A stretch of DNA of 63,974 nt, counting the filler, from Porpidia crustulata (Eukaryota): the NCBI GenBank assembly GCA_964255105.1. It is 3 parts of 3 records of this genome, joined end to end, with 100 filler letters (N's around TTAATTAATTAA, not from the genome) between each part and the next. Parts side by side here need not be neighbours in the genome. Positions count along the whole stretch, not along the records: positions 1 to 22,611 come from CAXUWE010000085.1; 2 more parts are not named here. One strand, written 5' to 3'. Position numbers and translations under genes: made by a program. This document shows positions 1 to 11,921 of this stretch, one piece after another. Within the stretch, counting starts at the first letter, position 1. The number at the start of each line of letters is the position of its first letter. The notes beneath the pieces were generated by a model. The model ran no database searches, had not been told where the DNA came from, and saw nothing but the letters and a program-made list of their open reading frames with translations.

Positions 1-1538
1 GAATACGACGCTAATGGTGAATGAAAGGAGAAGGCGAAGTCTTAAGTAGGATATCGAATCTCTGATCGAATTGTGCGATTGAAGGCGGAGATACGATTCT
101 GAGATTTATCGTTGGTAGGCTCTGATGGCTTTGGCTGGAAAAGGAACGGACTACCCTCAGGGCTGAGAAAATCGGAAGAGGATTCCAGCGCTCGATCTGA
201 CCTAGAACTCGTCACCAAGCCTGGCCACCTGTGTGGTAAAATGAATGCAAGTGGGTCCAAAGACGTTCGAAAGAAGTTCGTTGATAAGCGGCGAGCTCTT
301 CAAGAAGTAGAAACGACATGTGAAGCGAAAGGTTAGTGAGGAAGAAAATGTTGAGATTCACTGGTCTTCTAGTCAGGAAAGTGAACGATCTCGAGTCATC
401 CAACGATAGTAGTATTTTGAGAGGGTATGAAAACCAAAGAAGTGGCGTGGACTATAATGGTTTTACCAACCGCTAAGTTTCCACAAAGTCAATTGGCTTT
501 TAAAAGACCTCGAAGTTCTGCTGACATGTGGCGACGACGGTCGGAAGGCTTGGTATGACGCATGGACTACGCCTTCTCCTAGTTGGAGCCTTGAGTATTG
601 ACAAGGTTTTCCGGCGAGTTTATGGAGGATAAACTGTTTCAGTATTGGCTTTCCGCACTACTATGATCGATTCGTCTTTGGTAGGTACGTTGATTGCTGA
701 ATGGGTGAGCCTGAGAAATGGTCAACATTAGTTTTCATAGCTCTTAAGTTTTTTAAAAATATGAAAGATTAATTTCTTGAGGGTACTTACTAGATTCATC
801 TAATAAGTAGAACGCTTTAGTTTTATTCTACCCATTGATAGTCGATTGAGTGAGGAGGTTGGTCTCTTCAGGATTTCGAGGTAGAAAGCAAGAGGATTCT
901 CTAAGGACACATCAACGAGGCCTCGAATTATATCTCTGGGGTCGTATGCCATGGTGGGAAAAGCGCCACCGCAAATCAGGCTCAGAATAGCGGATGGACT
1001 GTTTGCCTGAAACTACTCTGAAGTAGTGATAGGAGAATCAAGAATCGTACGAGATGTAATGAAGGTGGATTTAAGAGGAGCAATTCCTAAGGGACTAGCA
1101 ACGCTATCAGATCAACGCATTGCTTCCAGATGGCAGATTCTGCGAAAAGTAGCTCGAAATAGAAGTTCAGCGGCCTCAGAGCTTTGCCAGACGCCATCGA
1201 TCTACTGACTGCAAGAAATATACGGCCGGTCATTACTCAGGTAACACCACAACGTTCGTAGGCGTTTGGTCGGCGATCTTGTACCACCTCGGGAACGGAT
1301 ATTCTAAAGGGGGTTTGAATGGGCGCTGAGGTATATCGCGTGTGTTGAACGGTTGTCCCAAGAGCAGCTGAAGCTTACAAGGATGATTCAGCCGTGGACT
1401 TTCCTTTTCTGGAAAGGTATCATCGTACAAATATCGATTACTTACGGCAGCATCAAGCTTCGTCTTCTTATCACGCCCGAAGATTGGCGGAACGGGTGAT
1501 GGTGTAACAATGTGATACTGCCATTGGCAATCCTTATA
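1..1538 (-). pseudogene. Decayed intron-containing gene relic, product unknown; probably runs off the left edge
   Basis: Protein-like minus-strand segments (YHIVTPSPVPPIFGRDKKTKLDAA | LQLLLGQPFNTRDIPQRPFKPPLEY ... DGVWQSSEAAELLFRATFRRICHLE ... LSLICGGAFPTMAYDPRDIIRGLVDVSLENPLAFYLEILK) are joined by a phase-0 GTAAGT...AAG intron (1445-1374), with a second GTAAGT donor at 790. In-frame TAG/TGA stops occur at 1202-1204, 1112-1114, 1013-1015 and 800-802, plus at least one frameshift. Confidence 0.45.
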
Positions 1539-4500
1539 CTATGTCATAGAATTAGAGCCGGATAAGAAATGGCAGGCGAGGGGACGACAGTTGTCAGGGT
1601 CTGGATACTGCACCGTCATATTAAAATACTGTGCCATTATCACTTTAGGGGTCAGAAGGCCATATCGTCTCGTATCTTTGGAGCCAGTCGATCAAATCGT
1701 GGCCGTGCCTTCTGTAATCGTTGTAGAGAATTTTCCAATTGCCATACTGCTATGTTCTGGGCGGCATGGGGCATAGTATGTTCTCTCTTCAATTATCAAG
1801 CGCTTTCCTTTGCATGGGCGGGTCGGAAGCCTTGGTGTTGACACTAAAGCTCGTGGCTTGGTTTGCGGATCTCGACGTCTCAATGATGTGATGAGTTATA
1901 ATGCAGGTTTGAGGCCATGTGCTTCTATCTGTGTTTGGGTTCAACGATATCGCCATTTAATGCTCAGCGCTCGCGAGCTCGGCAAAGGATGTCTATAGCC
2001 GAGCGAAAGGTACCGGGAGTTATCTACCCGCCAACTTAGCAACGATTCCAAATATACTGATCTATCATTGAGGCAAGACTTAGCCAAAAATTCATAGAGT
2101 AGAAGGTAGATCAATGCTGTGAAACTGCGGCTTCTGACCGCGGTGCCTGGGATCGATGAACTGTATGGTTAGGACATCGAATGAACGCTGGGGCTTTTTA
2201 AGTACTTTCCGCTAATGTAATGCCCTCGTGGAAGCAAGCCGATCTATTGCTAGGATCGTGTCGCAAGTTCATGCGTAGACGTGGTTGAGGGGGAGATATT
2301 GTATCACGTTTCTGCCCCTTTAATCTTGGGTGGATTTGAACGCACCAACAGATTCAGGAGAATGAAAGTTGTCGGTACCCTTCACGCAAGTGGTCAAAGG
2401 TTCCTTTCAGAGTAGAATGAAAGAAGGCAATCAATGGCTTGTTTAGCGTTGAGCAGATAGAAGTGGTTGGCAGGACCAAAACGGATCCGCACGGTTTCTC
2501 GCTTGATGTTTCACGGTTACCACCTGAAGTCAAGGCACACGACCAGAGAGCTGGAGCTCTGCTCACAGCGAGGATCTTCGGCTTCGTTCCAATGAGAAGA
2601 GAAACTTGAACCGACTTGTAAGCCTTGCAGTACTGACCTCGGCCTTGAACGGCGGACTGCAGATCGTGTACTATCACAAGTTGACGCAATATCTGCCATT
2701 TCAACAGATACGAGGCGAACCAATGCTTGCCGCTACTCATTACTGTAAAACAATGTGAGCACATCAAGTTCCAAGGCAACGTCTAATGGTCTTTTGATGG
2801 GGATAAGTCATAGGTTTGAACGAGGTCGAGAAATTGGCTTGCCACGAACGGCAAGCAAGATAACCCCTTGGTCCGGGGAGAGGAGCGCTGACATATCCTC
2901 CGGTGGCTCAATACTTCAGTTTGACGGTATTGACATAGATAGTACTAGGTTATTTTTGAATGATGGTAGCACCGTGAAGAAGCAGCTGTCTTTTACGCAG
3001 CGGGCCCAACATTAGAGAACGTTTTGTGACTATGACCGGATACGTGATATCAAGACTTAGGACTGCAAAATTACAGAGCTAGGCTTAAACGGTAGAATCA
3101 GCCTGGTCAATGATGTCGCTGTCTCTGGTCCTGCCGGACTGCAATGAACATTCTTGCCAGGGGCAAGCTGATTCCAGCGCATATACTAATATCGATGAGC
3201 AAATGACCGTCTAGCTACTCAGTGTCAGAATCGAACCACGGCTCGAGAATTGGGGGAAGAGGGTCTGCAGTCAATAACCCTCGTAAGTTCATGCCTCCCA
3301 CGGACTCCGCATGCAAGCCCCTGAAGGCAAAGTCTCCGGTAGTATGATGGGTCAATGCCAGGGATGAGCGTCGTCACACCTTGCCTCAATGGGGCCTGTA
3401 TTGAGCCACACCATAGAGATCTTTGAAACATTTCAGATATCCGTCGATTCGCAGTCACAACAGTCTCTTGTTATCTTTTCCGGAAACCTGGATCTGACCT
3501 TTGTCTCATTGCCGCCTCCTGCGGATATATAAGAACAGCCCTACCATGGCAGAGAATATCTGCTACTATATTTAGGGGGCTTGGCCTTCCATGATTAAGC
3601 AGCAAACCTCGTAGCCCAGAGCTCAATGCATTTGAGTATACTAGTCCCAATCCTACATCACATGTCTACTACTCGACACAGTAAGCCAGGACTACCACAA
3701 AAAATCCAAGAAGTAGTCTTGGTCTGGTGTGTTGAGTATATAGTAGCTGTAGAATTTCGGGTCATGCTTTCATGCAAAGTTGAGACACTCGTGGCTCAAT
3801 ATCACGATACGGCATGTATAATGCATCTCGAGAACGAACGAAGAATTACAGCAATGTCGAGAGATCGTGGAAACCCCAGATTTCGGGTACTATCATGGTA
3901 TCAACAGCTTAACCTCTTGGTATGTGCGTTGATGAGATTAGCCGGCCGTGTTGTTTTGCGGCGGATATACCCCCACGAAAATGTTGCCTGAATCAATGAG
4001 GCCTCGCTACCGGAGGGCTCGCAGGCAACTTGATAGGGAAAGACAATCATGAGAAGGATTTGGGTGAATGACCACGCGCTTCGGGAGATTCTGCAACCAG
4101 ATGTATCATGGATGGCACGTATCTGCAAGGCATGTTTCCGAGTCAGGTTGAAAGACCGAAGGTTGCCAAACTGGAAACGCCCCCAGCTCGATTCTCGGCC
4201 AGATCTTCATGGTATCGCTATCGAGAATAGGATCCCAATCTAAGTCCTTGACGACGGACGTGAAAACGCAGAATACCTGATGCTAATTTTTAGAATCGTC
4301 GAGACTTTCCGGACAAGCATTTTGATACCGCAAGAAGGGATGAGCAACCCCTGAAAGATCGAGTGCATATGTCGATGTTTGCCGATGGGAGGCCTGAACC
4401 AGATGGTAAAGCTCCAACAGCCTTGCAGCTTCTTTGTATTATGAAGATTTCAGCCAGCACCGTTTCATCGCGACCCGTACAGCATCCGCGGTCCAAATCC

Positions 4501-6998
4501 TACACAGCTTTTCAGACGGCAAGGTATTCTGGTATCCCGGTTCCTCGGATGTATGGAAAGAGAAGCCGCTCTAGGTTGAGCTTTCAAGCGTTCACATGTG
4601 TCTCCAACCCTCGTTTAATCAGTCAACGCCATTCGACAGTCAGCAAATTTGAGATATGTCATTCAATCTATTTCTGTGATCTTCATTATAAGGCCTTATT
4701 GTGGGTAGTAGACTCCGTCCGACGATGTGTGCAGATTTTGCACAAGCTCCTCTATCTTCCAGTCTGGATAACGCGCGACCAAGGCGCCGTGCAGTAGGAT
4801 CTAATCAGAAAGCCTGTGACTTGTATGGATTGGCGTTAGCCCTCAGATCAGCGCCATTCTCATAGGCTAGTACCACCTCATGACTCGGAAGCATCCCACT
4901 TGGTTATTGCGCCAGAGAATCGCATTGACCCCGACTGCATACGGAGGTGAAAGAGAAGACGGTAACCCACGACGCGCCTCTATGTACTCGCGGGGAAACT
5001 TCGCTTCACCCATACCTTCTTCAAGTTTTGTGGTATAGTCAGAAATATCTTCCCGGACCATGCGTCCCGAAGTGTTAACGCCGTTACGGAAGGGGAACCC
5101 TAATCGCTAATCCAGTCAAATGCACAGACTGCAACGGTATCTGATACAAGGTATCCTGACATCCATTTGCAGAAAATTCAGGGGTATCTGCTATCAGGTG
5201 CGGAAGTCTTAGTGACGGCCTATCTTATGACATAACGTTGATGGCCGCTGACCGCACAACCGTTTCGATACGTACGCGAAGGCTATTCATTGTATATTTA
5301 AGTTGATTGCGAAGCCAGAGTAATCGTGTTTTTCGTCCTTCAAGATTGACTTACGATTTCCGACTTCATTCTGAACCTCATACTAAGTTATTGTATTCCC
5401 TAGGCCCTCTGTCCTAACACTTGAATTGAGAGAATCTCTGTCTCTTGGTATAGAACGTACACAGCATGGCGTTGGTCTTGATCTCTCATACTCTTGCCTG
5501 AAGATTATCATGCTATACTTGGTGTTCGAGAAGAAGCTGGCTAACCGAATCGCAGACCAGGTGCATCGTCAGGCAACAACAAAGATTCATCCCGAATGAA
5601 AGACCAGATGTTTCGAGACGTCCATCACTCGTATACGCCCTCGATGAAGAGGTATCTCGACGAGAAAGATAGATATGAAGCTTTCCTTGCAGGCCAACAT
5701 GGTAAAGAAGATGGCAATGGACAGACAATGAGCCGGAACATGCAAATCTGGGGCAAATCTTGGGAGCGTCAAGGTGGTGACTGCAATCCGAAACAAGGTA
5801 TGCTGCGCATCAAGAATCTTCTCATGCCGTCGATGATTTTGAAATCTTGCAGGAAAGCCTAAGATCTAGGCGATATTGGCATGTCTACAGTAGTGTAGCC
5901 CACTTATACTCTCGGTAGATGCGAAAGTTAGATGGAGTCCTTCTTTGAGCTGGCCAGACATAAGATAGTTTAGTCCTCACGTTCTTTGAGTCAGATAAGG
6001 GATGATAGGGGGTATTAGCTTACGAAGATTGAGGAGTCGGATATAAGTTTAGCATCGTCTTTTGTTACCGAGGAAAATCAACACTTCTCATTACCATATT
6101 AACGACAAATGTTCTGTTTGCTGCGATGATCACGCGACTGATATATGCCCAACACTCTGCCTTGCAATGAGTATCCTAATAATTGAGGAATAGCTCGCGC
6201 ATATTGCTGACGAGTGAATCAATGCTCAGTCCCACTCCGACGATGAACGCTATAAACTGTTAGTACATCATGAAGATAATAAGGAAATTTACAGCGTTAC
6301 ATTTCGCGATGAAAGGAGAACCTGAGGATTCGGTCTTGTACGAGAATCAATGTCATGCTAGTATGAGATCCACAGCTTCTACTATTAGATCTGCCGTTAG
6401 CTGTGCGGCGGATTCCAGCTCAGGCAGTATACTGTAGCAATACATTTCTGTCTAGTCATGGTTGCGAACATTAAGATTCAGTCCTTGATGGGCTTTAGAG
6501 CGTTCTTAAGAATAGGCCGACCTATTTCATCGACCTACACTATGATGCTCGATCGTATTCACTCTGGATTGGCGAAAGATTCAAATGGGTTCTCGAAAGA
6601 CTTTCATACCCACCGCTTGGAGATCGCGAGTGTGTACCTGCAGATAGTGGTAGCATTTGATTTGAGAGAGTGCATGCAAGCAGGTGGCAGGACGACGTCG
6701 TTGGTGGACCGGATAAGGTTTTGGACAGGGGCCAAGCGAAGCAGACGACGCTAGAGCCATTTGAGCCATCTACAAGAACGAGACTCTTCTCCCGGTAGTC
6801 GTGCAATATCCATTTGCGTCTAAGGCTCATCGTCTGTCTGCTTGTCGTATCTTTCGCAGAACCGTATGAACGCATGTGTGTTGAATCTCAAATCAAACAT
6901 GCCTTCCTATGCTGATACTTGACTCCGGGTCAATGGTCATCGTCGTTAAGGCTAGCTCTTAGTCAATTGGACCTCTCGACGCCTGTCATCGTCTGACG

Positions 6999-8462
6999 AT
7001 GGCTGCTGAATTCCTCAGAGGTCATGGCATTGACCTCCAGAGAGAGATGTCCAATGCGCAATTTGGTCAAGCGTCAGAGGCGTCTAGCGTGTCAAATTTG
7101 ACTATTCCCAGTCCGCCCCGACAGCCAATATCCAAAATCCAAGGCGTGCGATTACCAGCGAAGCCTTCGAATAGCTTGTGGGATATAATTTTGAATGAAA
7201 AGAAAATCCATTCTGTCTCGCCTCATGAGCCGTCGCTCGTGCGTCGGTTCTGTCCACCAGACGTCGTTGATGCCAGGGAGCGATTTCTCACACCGTCCCT
7301 ATGTCATCCCCATATCCATCTCGATAAATGCTTTTTACTTTCTGACTCTAAGTATTTCGACCTTGAAATAGTCAAAGGTGACTTTGCTGAAGCACTAGAG
7401 CTTACCGCTAAGGCAAAATCAAGGTTCGAAGAAGTTGATCTTATGAGAAGAGGGCGTTGGCTTATAACCGAGAGCATAGTCGCAGGCGTGACTTCTATGC
7501 GGGCATTTGTAGAAGTGGACGCTACCGTACGCTTCAAGTGTCTAGAAGCAGGCTTGAAGCTTAAGAAAGAGTTCAGGGATCGCTGCGAGATTCAGATCTG
7601 TGTTTTTGCACAAGATCCTATCATGACTCCGGGCAAGAATTCAGAAGGCCGCAAACTCATCGAAGAAGCTATGAGCATGAAAGGCGTCGATGTTATTGGA
7701 AGCACGCCGTACGTGGAAGGCGATGACAATAAGATGCGTGAGAATATCGACTGGGCCGTATCGGCTGCGTTAAAGTACGGGAAACATTTAGACTTTCATC
7801 TCGATTACAACCTCAACACTAGCCAAGCCGCACTCACCGACTACGCAGTAAAAATACTCAAAGCACAACACTGGAATGCTCATACCCGAGATAAAACCAT
7901 CGTCCTCGGCCATTGTACTCGATTGACTCTTTTCACCGCCGAACAATGGCGCCAGCTTCGCACCCACATTTCCGACCTCCCCCTATCCTTCGTCGGTCTT
8001 CCAACCTCCGACATTTTTATAATGGGTAAACCCTCGGACGAAGAAGGCGGTGGCCAACGCGTACGAGGAACCCTCCAAATCCCGTCTATGATACAAAAAT
8101 ACAATCTCCAAGGCTCCATTGGCATCAATAATGTTGGTAATGCTTTCACCCCGCATGGAAGTTGCGATCCGATGGGTATTGCGAGTATGGGAGTTGGACT
8201 GTACCAAGCCGGAACGAAGCGAGATACTGAGCTACTATTCGAGTGTGTGAGTACCAGGGCTAGAGCCGCGATTGGGCTCGCGAAGGGTGAGTTGGGATTA
8301 AAGGAAGGGGATTATGCGGACTTTGTGCTGTTCTGTGCGAAGAAGTCGGAGGACGAGAACACGGCGTACAAGGCAAGAAGACGCAACACTCTCCAGGAGA
8401 TCATCTACGACCCCCCAGGCGAGCGCAGAACGGTATTCAGGGGCTGTTTGCTGGCTCCGTGA
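6999..8462 (+). CDS. Metal-dependent amidohydrolase, cytosine deaminase (CodA)-like
   Basis: Intronless 487-aa ORF with metal-ligand motifs HPHIHLDK, DFHLD and LGHC, the GVTSMRAFVEVD motif, and the C-terminal beta-sandwich motif GLKEGDYADFVLF. Confidence 0.88.
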   Translation: MAAEFLRGHGIDLQREMSNAQFGQASEASSVSNLTIPSPPRQPISKIQGVRLPAKPSNSLWDIILNEKKIHSVSPHEPSLVRRFCPPDVVDARERFLTPSLCHPHIHLDKCFLLSDSKYFDLEIVKGDFAEALELTAKAKSRFEEVDLMRRGRWLITESIVAGVTSMRAFVEVDATVRFKCLEAGLKLKKEFRDRCEIQICVFAQDPIMTPGKNSEGRKLIEEAMSMKGVDVIGSTPYVEGDDNKMRENIDWAVSAALKYGKHLDFHLDYNLNTSQAALTDYAVKILKAQHWNAHTRDKTIVLGHCTRLTLFTAEQWRQLRTHISDLPLSFVGLPTSDIFIMGKPSDEEGGGQRVRGTLQIPSMIQKYNLQGSIGINNVGNAFTPHGSCDPMGIASMGVGLYQAGTKRDTELLFECVSTRARAAIGLAKGELGLKEGDYADFVLFCAKKSEDENTAYKARRRNTLQEIIYDPPGERRTVFRGCLLAP

Positions 8463-9800
8463 TCTGAACGGAATCAATAGAGTCATCATTCGCTACATTA
8501 GCTTCTCCAAGTTACCGAATCTCACTAGATCTAACATATCCGTTCATCAATCAATGACTCGACGGAAGCCTACTAAAGAACCGAGGACATCGCCGTCAGC
8601 CAATACGAAATTTTGAATTCCTCCAGAATCACTCCTCCCGCTTTCGGAGGCCAGTATGAACCAGCGAGATTAACAGGTGGTCCGAGGCAGCAAGCGTCTC
8701 ATCACAAACAAACCAACCCATGACTACGATTACTTGTATTACGTTAGGGGCGCCATGGCTGCCCCATTTGTCTACGAAATCTCATCGCCTTCAGCCCTCA
8801 AAGGCGTTGGCGAAAGCCAGAGCCAAGTGTACCAAACTCACGCTCACAATTCATTCCCAACCGCACAAAATCAATCTCAAAAAGGAAGTCAATACGCAGA
8901 CAACCCCGCTTTTAAATATTCGCCCCCAAGCACAAATGTATCAGTCCAACGAAACCACGGATCCGCGCCGCACCTTCCTAACCCACACTTCCTCTTTCCA
9001 ACGACAAGAACGCACAACGCGGTGGTCCGGCGGATCATAGGCTGCAACTGACATCATGTCCAGGTGCAGTATCTTGTGTAAACGGTCCCACAGCCACGGT
9101 GTTTGGAAGGAAAGCATTTGGGGCAGTTCTGGATACGGTGGAAGGTGTTGATGGTTGAGGATGGAGTTCGGGCGGGGTTTTCCTTGATGGTTTGCAAAAG
9201 ATCGATGGGGGTGGAAATAAAAGTGTTGCGCTGCATTGCGTGCTGAGTTCGTGGTGTTGGTTTCATCTAGACTCCTGGCCCACTGCCAAAGCCCGCGCTT
9301 GCTGTGCCAGTTTTTGTGAATAGTCGATGAGATATGTGTGTTTTCCATGAAGGTTGGTGAGGTATTGCTCTGACAGATGATTTGGCTGTTTGTGGAAAGT
9401 GCGATGGGATTGTGGGGACGTGGATGGCTAGATGCTTGGGGGCTTTGTTGTGGATGGTATCTTGGATACATTTGGGGGTTATGAAATATTTCTAGCAACA
9501 CGCGGTAGTAGCGCTGTTTCATTTAACAACCGTGTGCCACCAGCCTTGACGATGTCACCGATGTACTCGTATGCCGATTCGATGTTATGAGTCTTGGGCC
9601 TTTGCAGAAGTCTTTGAGAGATCCTGAACGCTGGGTACATCGCGAGACACGGTTGTAGAATGGATGAGCATTTTGATAGCCGTATTTGACTAGAGTCTTT
9701 TGATCCATGGCTGGTAGCAGTTACGGTTTGAATTGAGAGGGCACCCTCTTCAGATGTAAGAGCGAGATATATTCTGTAATTGTCTGATTTTATCCAATAC

Positions 9801-9948
9801 TAGAACATAGGTGCAGCGGTAAAGCGGGTCGTTGAATGCGGCCAGCCATTACACCAGTGTCACGGTATAAACCGAATCTCCTATGATAGAAGACCTAGCC
9901 GGGATTTAGTTTTTAGACATGGCGTGAGTTCGATCCTGGGTGTTGACG
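9801..9948 (+). pseudogene. Degenerate tRNA-like / Pol III A-box and B-box element
   Basis: A-box-like TAGGTGCAGCGG at 9808 and B-box GAGTTCGATCC at about 9926-9936. Partial acceptor pairing (AACA/TGTT), hairpin GGTCG-TTGAATG-CGGCC, and a T-run downstream. The T-stem and acceptor stem are mismatched. Confidence 0.3.
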
Positions 9949-10108
9949 GTTTCTATCTTTACCTTTTGCTTCTTGCTGTTTCATCTGAGGATTCGTGAGC
10001 GATGACGACCTCCATTTCCTTGTAGAATCATTTCCAGCAGTACGTTCCCGATCCTTAGAATATGGTCTACTCATTAGGGTTCTTGAAAGTAACGCGGCAA
10101 CGGATCGG

Positions 10109-10214
10109 ATTAGCAGGCCCCTCAGATCTCTGCGCTTGGCTATGGTATCGATGAAATATTAATTAGCTGGCCCCTTAGATCTCTGCGCTTGACTGTGGTG
10201 TTTATGAAGAATTA
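10109..10214. repeat. Imperfect 53-bp tandem duplication (2 copies)
   Basis: attagcaggcccctcagatctctgcgcttggctatggtatcgatgaaatatta (10109-10161) versus attagctggccccttagatctctgcgcttgactgtggtgtttatgaagaatta (10162-10214). Confidence 0.9.
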
Positions 10215-10233
10215 GGCAGTCACGTCCCTTCAT

Positions 10234-11308
10234 TCATTCTGGCTCCTGGTCTTTCCAATTTTCCCTAGTAGCTTCAACGTCGATACCGCAAACTTTAGCT
10301 CTACTCACAATACTCTTCGCCTTGCCGACCACAGGCGCGTCAATCATTTTACCATCCATTGTCCAGGCTCCTCTCCCCTGTTGATCGGCTTTCTCATTGG
10401 CAACCAAGATCCTTACAGCCCACGCTACCTCCTCGCTGCCAGGTGCAAAAGCACTCTGCGCAGTTTCAACCTGGCTGGGATGAACACACTGTTTTCCATT
10501 GAAGCCTAATCCCTTACCGCCAAGACACTCTTCTTCGAGTGTCTTGAGACCTTCTTCGCCCTTATAAGAGGTGCAGACAAGATCAATGGTTGACGGCAAA
10601 TTGTGAGCTCGACACGCAGTTACTATTGCTGATCTAGCATACAAAAATTCGGTCAAAGATGGTGTTCTCGTCAACGATAGATCCAGTGCAAAATCTTCGG
10701 CAGCGAAGATGAGACCTTGGAGAAAAGGAGTAGATTTGCATATGCTTGATAGATCAGAAAGAGCTTTGGCAGATTCAATGAGAGCTAAGATGTTAAGAGG
10801 CGGTGATGACGAAGTGGATGAATTGAAGACAGAAGAATGTCTTGATGGAAGTAGGTGACGTATCGCATCTGTGACGAAGTGGAGGTCGGAGGCTGAGTTT
10901 ACTTTGGAAATGACAATGGTATCGACGTTGGGTGCTTTTAGCTGGACTTCATCAATTGGCGAAGGTAAATTAGGGCAAGACGGATTATCATACAACTTCT
11001 GTCAAGTCGTCCAGAGCTAAGCCTGTATCTACGGCATTGATACGGACAGCGTTTTCTTTGATGCCTCTGGGTCGTGGCTTTTGAAGAATACTCCGGATAT
11101 TCGACCTCGCCTCCACTTTCTTTCCAGGAGTGACTGAGTCCTCGAGGTCATACGCTACGCAGTCGACGGTCAGCTCCCGTGACTTCTCGAGCATCTTTTG
11201 CGACGACCCGGGTACTTCAAATACTATTAGTCTTCTGAGATATATGTAAGTTCTGGGGAGGGTACCATAAAGTAGTGCTCGCCGCACGATTGGTTGAGGA
11301 ATTCTCAT
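10234..11308 (-). CDS. Citrate lyase beta subunit-like (CitE/CLYBL, HpcH/HpaI aldolase family), 3 exons
   Basis: Spliced product reads RRALLYVPGSSQKMLEK, AYDLEDSV, AVRIN, LIESA, LIFAAEDFALDL, GFNGKQCVHPSQV, DGKMIDAPV. Introns are 11265-11215 and GTATGA...CAG near 10997-10942. Confidence 0.92.
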
Positions 11309-11657
11309 GATGCCTCGTTGCAATTGAAACAGATACTAGGAACTTCTAAGGCCTCTATAATGCCTTTCTTCTGCTATGGCATTATGAAGCAAATTCTTTA
11401 AAGGAACTTGGAGGAAGTGGGAGGCTCGCAGGCGCCAAGCACATAATTTCCTTATTGGGAAAGGCGTCTGAAACCTCCTCAAAGCAGCCCTAATGGTGTA
11501 AGATCCCTGAAATATGACGTACAGCAACGATGTAGGCACTGTTTCAGCTCTCGACCTCTTATCCACAAACAATCAATCAACCCCATACCAATCCAACACG
11601 AACCATCCTCAACTCTAAAACCCTCAAATCAAAAACCCTTGACACCTAACAAACACA

Positions 11658-11921
11658 ATGTCTTCCGACAAAGAACCCCAGCAGGGCGGCCTCCTCTCCG
11701 GTGTCGGATCCCTCGTCGGCGGGGTCGCCGGCGTTGCAGGCGGTGCTGTGGGCGGCCTCACAAACACCCTGGGCGAGACTGTCGGTTCCGTGGGTAAGGG
11801 AGTTGGGGATACACTTGGTGGAGTGACCAAGGGGCTCGGCGATACCACCAAGGATGTGGGGGGGATGGTGCAGAATACGACGAGCCAGGTCAGCGATAAG
11901 ACGAAGGAGGGTGGGAAGTAA
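11658..11921 (+). CDS. Small Gly-rich 11-mer-repeat protein (LEA/hydrophilin-like)
   Basis: 87 aa with a strong start context (CACAATGTC) after a CA-rich leader. Repeats: GGLTNTLGETV / GSVGKGVGDTL / GGVTKGLGDTT / KDVGGMVQNTT. Confidence 0.75.
   Translation: MSSDKEPQQGGLLSGVGSLVGGVAGVAGGAVGGLTNTLGETVGSVGKGVGDTLGGVTKGLGDTTKDVGGMVQNTTSQVSDKTKEGGK

Noticed and set aside
8677..9522. Overlapping ORFs of 124 aa (+) and 193 aa (-)
   Set aside because: No recognisable motif. The composition reflects CA/GT strand skew; it could be a relic but cannot be supported.
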